Shown in pieces: positions 1 through 10,831 of a stretch of 64,000 nucleotides of DNA. Source of the DNA: Marsupella aquatica (taxonomy: Eukaryota; Plantae; Marchantiophyta); contig OZ316891.1 of the NCBI GenBank assembly GCA_973895155.1, positions 26,591,972-26,655,971 of the forward strand, read 5' to 3'. The notes beneath the pieces are model-generated. The model saw only the letters and a list, made by a program, of their open reading frames with translations, had not been told where the DNA came from and did no database searches. Both the position numbers and the translations under genes were made by a program. The first letter of the stretch is position 1, and the number at the start of each line of letters is the position of its first letter.

Positions 1-1
1 T

Positions 2-2871
2 GTACAGTGCAGCAACAGCAGCAGCTCGATCGGACAAGTGATTGCTCTCCACCTCTCGGGATATGCGCTGGTGGGGACTATTTCTCCCTCTCTAGGTGGT
101 CTGCAATTCCTGCAGTCACTGGATCTTTCGGAGAATTTCTTTGGAGGAGGCATTCCAATCAGCATCGCCAACTGTTCCAACCTGAACGTCCTGGACCTGT
201 CACAAAACTTGGTGAGTGGCATTATCCCCACAGAACTGGCGGCACTGTCAAATCTGCAGGAGCTGAACTTGTCCGGGAATGTGTTGGAAGGTGCTATTGC
301 TCCGTCATTTTCGAATCTATCAGCCCTGAGAGTCCTAGACCCGGAATACAATCAGCTCCAAGGTGATATTATGTCGTTGGCCTGGGGTGGATTTGGAAAA
401 TTAGAGACCCTCAATCTGGACTCCAATATGATTACCGGTGCTATTCCAGAGTCATTGGGTAATTGCACCAGTTTGATTGATTTGTATCTGTCGAACAACA
501 ACTTCTCTGGGCTGGTCACAAATATGTTTGGAGGGCTGAAAGCCCTTCGTTCCCTTTGGCTCCGCCAGAATTTTCTTGTAGGAGGGATCCCCGACGATCT
601 GGGAAGTTTACGGCAGCTCACGGTTCTGTCCCTCAGTGAAAATTGTTACACAGGGTCTATACCTGCCTCTCTGGTCAACTGCTCTTCACTGACTGATTTA
701 AGTTTGTACCTGAACCAGTTGAGTGGACAATTACCCGCTAATATTGGCATGTTGTCTCAGCTCCAGTACCTATACTTGTGGGGTAACAGTTTCACAGGTG
801 TCATCCCTTCAAGCCTGTTAAACTGCACCTCTCTGACTGAGATCTTCATCAACATCAATTTCTTCAGTGGGGAGATTCCGGAGGCACTGGGTAGTTCGCT
901 AAGCAACCTGCAAATACTTGATCTCCGCATGAACAGTTTCCAAGGTGCAATTCCCGCCTCTCTCAGCAACATCTCCCATCTTCGGAAATTGTTGCTCCCT
1001 CTCAACCAGTTCACTGGCGAAATTCCTCGCGAGCTTGGGCTCCTTAAGAACTTGACAAAATTGGATCTCGCGAGCAACTTTCTTGTGGGTCAGATTCCTC
1101 CTGATCTTGGGAATTTAGCTAACGTGATCTCCCTTAACCTGGCAACAAATCAACTTGTTGGCCACATTCCCCCTTCTCTCGGTCAACTCGCCAACCTACA
1201 AGGACTGAACCTGTCTAATAACTATTTGACAGGGGGCATTCCACGTGAGCTATCTCATTGTACTAAGCTTTTTATGGTGGACTTGAGAGGAAATGTTCTC
1301 ACTGGTAGCCTCCCGGACGAGATTGGAAACCTGATGGCCTTGAATCGACTGTATCTGAACAATAACCAATTCACAGGCTCAATATCACCCGTTTTCGGAC
1401 AGAGCTCGGCAAACCTCATCGAAATAAATGTAGCCTACAACAGTTTCAGCGGTGTCATTGCCGGGTTCGACTTTGGGACTCTGCGAAATCTTCAGCTGAG
1501 CTTGGACATGTCTCACAATTTTTTTTCGGGGGCCCTAACGTCAGGGATTGGAGCACTCGAGGCCGTTCAGAATATCAACTTGTCTTTCAATGCCTTTTCA
1601 GGTAAATCGCAGTGTTTTCATACGCATTTTGTGCTTGTGATCGGGACTACAGCGCCCGCGGCATTCCCCCGAGTTATTGAATGAGAACCTGAATGATGAG
1701 GAGAGGAAAGTCCAGGGACGGTTACTGCAGTGTCGCAATGGGATGTCAATTTAGCAAAAAGTTCGCGATGTTAAGAATCAATTTGCAGTTGTATTGACAG
1801 CGTCCAGTGAAATGATAGATGTTGGAATTCTTTAGTAGACAATACGCGACAGACCCGAATGGAACAAGCGAGGAAAGAAGAATTTTGCAGTTTCATGGAG
1901 AGGGTTGAGTGAAACAACAGGTGACTGCTTGAATTCTTTCGTAAACATATGCGGCAGACTGAATGGAAGTGGAGAGGAGCAAAATATGCCCTCCTTCGAG
2001 CTCGAGTGGAAATTCGAGCTAGTAGTGCACATTTGCTTGCTTTAATTTCTGGAAGGCCGTGTTCTGAAATAGTAGCCAGGCAGCTTGGAGTGAATCCGGG
2101 CAGAAGTTTAACTGACTGCAATAGAAATCAGGCTCAGTATATAGCACGCGACCAACTATTGGTTTTGCACAGCATTTTTAGAGTACAGCGTCTCCAGCCA
2201 GGGTCCGAGTGATCGAGTCACTTCCCGGCAGCCATGGCCTCCAATGTTTTCCGGGGAGGAGAATTTAAAAGCTCATAAGCTGAACCTGAGAAGTCATTCC
2301 GACGGCGTACTGAAGGAGAGGGATTTCATCATGACTGTCTACCGTACTTTGTTTGACAACGATTCTGGATGCTCCCCCTGTTTCCGTGTTCTTGTAGAGT
2401 AAGTTAAAAATATCATGAAACAGGTGTTTCAATTGATCATTTGTTCCGATCTCACAGCGAAATTGGTAACAGAAAAATGTCCATGATGATGATCGTGCTG
2501 CAGGTCCGATCCCGGAGGCCTTCAGCCAATGCGTCGGTCTGCAATCATTGGACCTCTCGTCCAACAACCTGGACGGCCAAATCCCTGAATCACTCACCAC
2601 TCTGCAGCACTTGGTCTTCTTCAACGTCTCATTCAACAACCTGAGCGGCCCCATTCCGTTTGGTTCTTTCAACGACGGATCGCTCGGAAACGCTGATCTC
2701 TGCGGCTCATTGCTCCCCAACAAGTGCGACTCGTCCTGCAACGGCATGGGTCGTCACCGGCTGTGGATGGTGATCATCCCTGTTGTGGCTGCCGGAATTG
2801 TCGGTTGCGTGGCTGTAGCTGCAATCCGGTTCCTCCTCATTGCGAAAAGGGGCAATTCGAATCTACGGTAA
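2..2871 (+). CDS. LRR receptor-like protein, kinase-less paralog of the RLK at 10832-16533 (5' end outside window; possibly a pseudogene). Exons <2..1601, 2504..2871
   Basis: More than 20 plant extracellular LRRs (LxxLxLxxNxLxGxIPxxL). Donor TCAG|GTAAAT at 1601/1602 and acceptor CTGCAG|GT at 2503/2504 join in frame. Exon 2 encodes the last LRRs, the GNxxLCG cap and a TM helix (LWMVIIPVVAAGIVGCVAVAAIRFLLI), then TAA at 2869-2871. No kinase motifs seen before 10800. Confidence 0.85.
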
Positions 2872-3251
2872 CACGGCATTGTGGGCAATCATGCTCCGAA
2901 AAGAGGGCTTGAGCTCGACCTTTGAGGGGCTAATGTCCTGATAAGAGGGCGTTAATATACACTTAAAGGACCAATACGTTTTTTGATTTTAACTACCTTT
3001 TGTTAAAATTGAGAAATTTCATATTGCCCTGATCCAAATGTGCTTTTCTCCACAGTGCACCAAAAACTGCAAAGAGAAAAATCACGAAGGGCAGTAAGAG
3101 TGGCATAATGATTTGCACCGTCCAGCCCTGCCCTTTGTGAGCAATTTCATGAGAGATGGAGGGGTTGAGCTTGGTTGACATCGATCGAGGCCGTCACGAA
3201 TGGTTTCAGTGGTGCATGTTGTGGTGAAAACCGTATCCAATAATGCCTGGG

Positions 3252-3565
3252 ACACCTTCCTGAAGTCTACTGCACCCCTACAAGATACCAGATAGCTCAT
3301 GAAATCTATCGCTTGACCTGGTCAAGACCAAAAGCATTTAACAGGGCATCAGTCACAATGCAAAATACATCATTGCTCATTGTAGTTTTTGGCGAACAGA
3401 AAGATGTGCAAGCAAGCTGGTAGTGGGAGCTCCAGCCCTGGGTTCATATAAAATCTTCCAGTGGTTCGTTTAATTATTTGTGGGACCAAGCTGTGACATG
3501 ACCCGGGTTGAATCAAGGTTGCAACCTGGTATTCTGTAGGGGTGCAGTTGACTTCAGGAAGGTGT
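3252..3565. mobile_element. Foldback/MITE-like element with ~40-bp inverted repeats
   Basis: 3252-3291 ACACCTTCCTGAAGTCTACTGCACCCCTACAAGATACCAG is a near-perfect reverse complement of 3526-3565. No TSD identified. Confidence 0.55.
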
Positions 3566-5580
3566 GGTACATACCCATCTAGTGTCCAAGTTTTACCTCA
3601 ACCTGTTGAAAGTCTTAATCAATGATCAACCGGACCTGAATGTAGTTGCGAGCTATTGAATTTAGCAGAATCTGACAAGCTGAGAATTGAACTATAGATG
3701 GGAAGATTTCATTCTGGATGGGAGATGGAGATTACCTGGTGCACTCCGTCCCTTTCACAAGTGAACGCTTCGCCTTATAACCTTTGACTCTAGCTTTGCA
3801 GCGGCTCCGCTAGTGCCGAGAGATCGATCACCTAGGTGTCTCACGTTACAAATCTGAGAACGTTTAGCTAGGAGCTAGTGTCTCTCAAGGTCACACTCCA
3901 TAAGTGCGAACCCTGGTCCTATATATCCTGCCAAATCTCTCGATTCAAGTGACGATGGGACTAAAAGCTGTTCATGTCCGGTATGAGCTTCCCATCTGTG
4001 TATGGAATATTTATATGTTACACACCTGATCAAGACATATTGCTCAATTCCCACTGGAGTAAGACAACAGGGAAAAACGTGCGCACAAGGTGATCTTTCC
4101 ACTGCCACCGTCCCCCTTTAAAGCAGGAGTTGAATTTTCGAGAGTTAGTTTCAGTTGTCGCTCAAATGAGTCTGATTGACCAATTAGTTCTCTGTGCACA
4201 CTCTGTTAGTATCCCCTTCGCTCGCAAGATCAAGCGATTAAAGAGTTGCTAAGCCAAGAATGATGTGAACAACAATCTCTCAGACTGGCCTTTGATCTAG
4301 AAACGGAATAAATCAACTCGGCCCTTCTCTTTGATCTCATTGTGACATGGACATGCTAAAATCCTGAATACGAGTCATTCTTTTCAATCACTGATGTCTG
4401 ATCTCACCGCAGTTGATCACATCAGAAACACTTCTTCATGGAATTCAAAGGTTGAAATTTCAGCTGAAGGAGTCTGCTCATGCCCAATCTTTAGGCCCCA
4501 GAAATTTCGTTTGTAGATATGAAGCTCTTTATTATGGGGACCTGGGAGAGAATTGGACGGACAACAGAATGCACCTAGCTGGCGGAGAGCAGAACGCACT
4601 CCACCGCCTGGAGGAGGCACTGTCTCTTTGACTCTTTGTCGGTCATTACTCCAACTGAAGCAATATCAAGAGTTGTCGAAATGAAAGCCCTCGGGCAGGC
4701 AGCCCTAAGTATTCATCTTGGACTATTCCCTTCAAGGAGGCCTTTCCTTTACACGTTCAACTAATTTCTGAAGATCACTGCATGAGATTGTCACGAAAGT
4801 CCTGCGCCGATGACCACTATAGCTCGTACATACCAACAATGACGACCAACAGTGGACCACAGTCAGCAATTATCGCGGACTGTGGCAACTTTTCCCAGCA
4901 AATCTTCGATTTTTGCTAGAGTCCCGTCATTGACAAGTAAACTAGAGTCAGCAAGGCGAACACCATCTACGTGTGGAGATCCCCTAAGTACCTACAAGGT
5001 TCCAGATCCCATGGAATGTTGTACCGGCCGATTCCACGAATGAAATGGGCAATGCACCAATCAATGTCACGATTGAAACGGAGTCACTACTGTAGTGCGA
5101 TCAGTTATTGTACAAACCAAGTTCACAATTGATTGGTTTCGTTGTGCTGCACTTTTCGAGCAGGGTTCAGGTCTTTGTGGAGGAATGAAATGAAATGGTG
5201 TAATTGTGTTTCCGTGTTCAAGCCAGGGGCCACCACTACTGTAAAGCTCAATCTCCTGTTCCGAATCTCGATAAAAGACCGAAGGAACTCCTCTGGATGA
5301 ATGTATTTTGGGTCAAAACTATACAGTGTCTAGAATCTTAGAAAGTAGCAGAAAGTTGCAGCTCTACAACATGAGGCTTTATCATTTTGACTTCATACAA
5401 CCCGCGAATCTCTGGACCTGCTCAATTTGACCTCTATGTTGTATTTCGTGGACTTGGAGAATGGAGACAAACAGTAAGCTCATCACCTTTTTTGGGGCAG
5501 CTCTGAAGCTGCAGTCCCTTATCAAGGACGTAAGCAGCGCTTACTCAGCTGAGCACTACTAGTGATGCAGCGGTCGACTG

Positions 5581-5856
5581 ATTGACTGGTGGATTTCACG
5601 TTAATTCAATACTGTTATATCCATCCATCCATAGAATATAATAATTGAAATCGACAGTATAATTTTCAACGTACTCTAGTGTATACTTCTAATCGCCAAA
5701 AAACAAAAGGCACCCAATGGGGAGATTGACTGGTGGATTTCTCGTTAATTCAATACTATTATATCGAGAGAATATAATAATCGAAATCGACTGTATAATT
5801 TTCAACTCTACTGTACACTTCTAATTGCCAAAAAACAAAAAGCACCCAATGGGGAG
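5581..5856. repeat. Tandem duplication, two ~135-145-bp units
   Basis: ATTGACTGGTGGATTTC...CACCCAATGGGGAG at 5581-5724 and again at 5725-5856. Confidence 0.9.
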
Positions 5857-6479
5857 ACATGATGGCTCAGGCAAAAGACCCAATAAAGGGAAACAATCAA
5901 AAGGGCCAAAAAGCTAGAAGGACAGTGCAAGAACCACAGGGGACAGTGAAACCAAAACCCTACCTATTTCCTGGTTACTGGGAAAACAAACACACCCACA
6001 ACTTGAACTCTAGTTTTGAGGGGCTAGTATTGCCTACAATGCCTTGGTAACAGCAGCTTAATACAATTGAAGGTCTAATATATTTTTATTGTTATCAATT
6101 CTAGTAAATGTAACCTAGAACTTTCATAATGAGGTGATCCAAATCTTGAGTGAGAATTCTCCTCCAATAATGCTCAAAAAATTGCAAAACATAAATAAAT
6201 CACAAAGGGCATTAACAATTTGGTAAAGTCTCTTTTATACCCTAGGAAGTCAGAGGGCGTGTTTGACCTGTCTCTTGACCTGCCTTGCCTACCTGGAAGG
6301 AATCTAGCTAAAGGAAAGCTTGCGCGGCTGATTTTGTGCTCCCAGTTCCATAATAAGATCCGAGATGTAACCCATCTCCAATGCTGTAATGCTTTGGGGC
6401 AAACTTTGTTGGACAAAACTCCTTCATTATATAGCATGTTCATCCTGGAACATGTCTTTTATTTTGGTCTTCTAGTGAT

Positions 6480-6552
6480 AAAGATACTAAAGAGTTGAGT
6501 ACAAAGATACTAAAGAGTTGAGTTGTGTACAAAGATACTAAAGAGTTGAGTT
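6480..6552. repeat. Short tandem repeat (AAAGATACTAAAGAGTTGAGT x3)
   Basis: Three direct copies visible, with a further partial copy near 6625-6645. Confidence 0.85.
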
Positions 6553-6897
6553 ATGTAATTCATTTAAATAGGGACATGTAAAATATATGCACATAAAATC
6601 ACATTATGACCAAGAAAGTAGAAAGGTACTAAAGAGTTGAGTTGTGCACATACAGTACAGATTTTAACTTGCTTCCAGGTAATGACATTCAACTCAATTA
6701 AAACCATAAATTTTACAAAGTAAACCATGAAGGGAACTTAATACACGAGATGATCACATTGATCAAATTCATTTCTTACACTTTCATGAGAAAAAAGAGA
6801 ATTCACTAAGGAGTGATTGAAAAGGAAAGATTAAACCTTGATGAGGGGAGTCAAATACATTCAAAATACTCTAAATTCACTAAAATTAAGAGGAGTC

Positions 6898-7118
6898 CTA
6901 AAGTTAATTTTAAATCAAATTAATACAAATTATTTACCTTGTTAAGGCACATTAAAATCAAAATACTTGACACAAAATATGAATGAAACAAAATCTGAAA
7001 GGTGGGAGTACTAAAGTTAATTTTAAATCAAATTAATACAAATGATTTACCTTGTTAAGGCACATTAAAATCAAAATACTTGACACAAAATATGAATGAG
7101 ACAAAATCTGAAAGGTGG
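6898..7118. repeat. Tandem duplication, two ~110-bp AT-rich units
   Basis: CTAAAGTTAATTTTAAATC...AATCTGAAAGGTGG at 6898-7005 and 7011-7118. Confidence 0.9.
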
Positions 7119-10100
7119 ATTCACCATTATAGCAGCCTCGAAATATACATTACAACCGCTTATATCAAACACATCTCCTAAGTGATGCCCACCAGTGTTT
7201 TTTAGTGACAAAAATTAGCCAACTTGCTCGTCATTGAAAGTCTTGCCTACTGCAGGCAAAAATTCACCAGGCATTTCTCAACATAGACACATGTTGGGGG
7301 CGCTTTGCATTTCTCAACATAGACACAGACGCCATTAGCCACAACTAATCTGATGGTTTTCCTCAAATCTAGGTAGATCTTACGGTCAGAAATTAACCTA
7401 AGAAAATTAGGTAAAGACATCTGCCACCTTGGCAAAAACGAGAAACCCTTCAAACTTACCTGGGCTTTCTTTCAGTTTAGGACATTCCAAAAGTTAGAGG
7501 GAATAGTGGCCCACCCGTTGTCCTGATGCTTAATCTTTGTCTAAAGCTACTTTTCAAGAAAGGAAAATTAAAGTGAATTTTAGTTCGTCAAATCAATCAT
7601 GAGGGTGAACATGCAGCATACGTATGCAACTTGTTCAGACTATATACGGTCTTGTACCCAACAAGTGACCCTCACCTACCATGAAAGAGCATTAATTAAC
7701 CAGGGCCACTTCTATCCCAAAGTAGAAACAGTTGCCGTTGTCTAAGTTCCTCTTCTACCTAGGAAGGGAATGAAGATGCATCCTTAACGGTTGCCTTTAG
7801 TGATTTTTTCTTTGTAATTTCAGGGCATTATTGGGGAAAACACAGTAGTCAAGATTTGGATCAGCTTCTCCTCCAGTTTACAAACATTAATAAAACTAAG
7901 AGTCTCTTACCCCCTTAATCCTATCAATGTCGTGTTACAGGAACATTATGGGCAATATTGGCTATTCAAAACTTGAGCTAAAGCCTGGCTACTCAAAACT
8001 TGAGCTAAAGCCCTTGTGTTTCAGGGCAATATATCCCACAATCCCATGTACACAAGACTCTACTATATACACAGCAGTACTGGAGTATGCACGGCCAAGA
8101 GGCTCTCAAACGATCCATACATTGGAGGAAAGAGGGTTGAAATAGGGCCTGAAAGTCAAAGAGCCACTTGCTGGCCCACTTGCTGGCTGAGGAAATAACC
8201 AATAGTCCGCTTACTACTCCCCCTCCCCACACACACACTCACCTCCCCACCCCCAGGGATTGAACCTGGGACTTCTCAGTTCTAGGCTTGCCAAGTGATA
8301 CCCAAATACACAGTCCTTCTCCTTTCTCTTGAGCCCTGGATTGCGGCAAATGGTGAAGAGGGGCGCAGGAGTGATACGATGTCAGGAGATATGCTGGCTC
8401 CACATTCGGTGCAATGTTTTACAGAGTGAGTTGTGGTTTAAGCTATTAGGGTGTGTCACAGATCAAACATAAGAAAAGTCTTATGGCTGAAATTTCTGGG
8501 ACATAAGATTCTTACAGCTTAGGGAGTTTATTTGGGTAGCGTGTAATGAATTATGTCCTGGCTAGCCATAAAAAAGTTTTATGTCATTGCCTGTACTTCC
8601 TTTATGGCTATGTTTTGACATGCCCAATTGGAGCTTATTGTGTGTATGAACCTAGCTACAGCTTCACAGCTCATGTTACTTATAAAGCGTCAACTAGAAG
8701 CTAGAGTTGTGGCCTAGGTCTAGAGTGAAACCTCTAGATCCTAACTCCGTGGCTCGTCATGTGGATGGGAAAATTCATGACTATGATGCATGTCAAATGA
8801 TAATCATGCATGCTTTTCGTTATGATTTCTATTTGCATTAAAAAATGGGTTCTATGCCCCCACCATAACATATGTGCATAGAAAGAAAAATGTGCATAGA
8901 AAAGAGTATGGTATGTTCTGAACTATTATTAAAATGATGACATGCATGATGCTTTTTTTTATTTTAAGAATGTGAATAATATATATATTTTGGTGATATT
9001 TTTATTGTACTCCCCTCTATTCACGTTTGAAGAATGGGTAATGGGGGGCTAGTAAGGAAAAATTACAATAGTGGGCTTATGGAAAAGCTTCTGAGCTAGT
9101 TTAAGAGTGACAGTTGCAGCTGACAGTTGTTGCTGTGTATGATTGTAACGGATGACTCGTACAAAATTTTGGTATACTTCCTACTAGCCTGAATGCCCCA
9201 GCTTTGCTACAAAATAGATGGCTATTACCATAGTGCCCATTTCCAGTTCCACCTCAACTTAGCTGTGCCCCTAGGTCATGGTCCGGTCTAGATCCTTATC
9301 CCATGTTTGGATTTCAATTATTAGATAGATTCACGCACATCTCTCTATCGAATGTTGATCATTTTCACCTAGCACAATTGGACTAGGTTCATAAAGCTCA
9401 ATAATGCCATTGGAGCACACTTTGAGATCTCATTGAAGCTTCAGAGTCCCATAGCATTGGAGACAAGATTTGGGATTGGAGATCCCATCCATGGGCATTG
9501 TCCAGATTCTCTGAGTCTGAGTTTTGATAATGAATCAAAGCCTAAGAGTTACCCAACAGGGACCCAGAAATGCCTGCTCCAAAGCAGGACGTCTATCCTC
9601 TGTTGGATGGATGGGCCTGCTTTAGGTTTTCAAGGCAAAAAAAAGCCTAAGAGCTACAGACAGGTCTTCTGATCGAAGCACCTCCATCTTCACTGTTTCT
9701 AATGTACAGACTGGTCTTCTGAAGCACCTCCATCTTCACTGTTTCTAATTGTACAGTTAACTTAGAACCCAAGCATAAAATGTATGATACTTTATGCCGC
9801 GGAAGGAATGGGGCATTCACAGTGAAACAAGTCCGTTCTAAAATCAGGGTGGGATCAAAATAAGATCTGAGGTGGTGGCTGCTGTAGAAAGTCAACACCA
9901 TGGCTGCCCGCTCGAGAAATTCAACTAAAGTGTCGGCTACTTGAGAAAGTCAAAAAAGGACTCCGTGCTGGTCTTCTTCCCGCAGATACCTCCCAATCCC
10001 AATCCCAATCCCAATAATGCTTGAATGGCTCTTCAAAGATCGGTGGTGCCCAGGACAATGTCTCTTGTGTCCCACGGCAAGCTCAAAGTGAGCTCGACGA

Positions 10101-10831
10101 TGAGCTCCTACAATCTTTCCTAGCGAGGTTCTGGTTGTTCATGTCTAGAATGATCTCCTCATTGCGAAATATAGTCTCAGGTCGATCCAGAAGCTCGGCA
10201 TTCAATGCCTGAGCTGTACGTCCCTGTTTGGTAGATATTTTTCTCTTTTGCCTTTTGAGCCTTATGTGGACCTAGGATCACTTTTCTAACAGATTGATTG
10301 AGAGCTTTTTGTTCATAACATCGATGTGATTGATTTGCTGTATGGAAACGTCAACTTGGCTTGATGCAATTCGTGGAAGTGGACCGCACTTTAGATCACT
10401 GCTGGGTTTATATATATGCGTATCGAATTGCGTCTTAGTCTCCGGCTCCGTCTCAGTGGATTTGGATTTCCACTCTGATGCCAGCTTGCAGAGTTGGGGG
10501 CGTGGCAGCCTATGCATCAGTGATCTATTGTCTCCAATTTGAAGCTCGACAATTCTCATCCGGGGATGGAGCTCTGGCTCCGTCTGAGTCTGACCGTGAG
10601 TCTCAGGCCAGGACTCGCTGACGTGTCCTCAAGAAATTACCCTGCCTGCGGAACTGAAATGGTGCAGTATTGAGTTTTTTTCCAGCTTGGAGATCAAGAT
10701 AATATAGTCTTGATAGCACCTACGTACAACTAAGCTCGATCTGCAGGGGCTAGCTGGCTTGGATGCATCGTGGTCATCTTGATCACTGGCAGGACCTTAC
10801 GTGATCTGGAGTTTCTTTCAGATCAGTGAAG

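Noticed and set aside
1602-1684. C-terminal tails of the long LRR ORFs (also 12855-12865 and 14452-14718)
   Set aside because: Read-through into introns past canonical donors, so not part of the main protein.
8250-8303. tRNA-like sequence with B-box GGTTCAATCC on the minus strand
   Set aside because: No cloverleaf or acceptor stem can be built. At most a decayed SINE fragment.
8449-8625. Possible Tourist MITE (GGGTGTGTCA...TGACATGCCC)
   Set aside because: Only 8/10 TIR match and no matching TSD.
10030-10559. Protein-like minus-strand reading frame upstream of the RLK
   Set aside because: Interrupted by two stops, with no recognisable motif. It needs a BLASTx search to evaluate.
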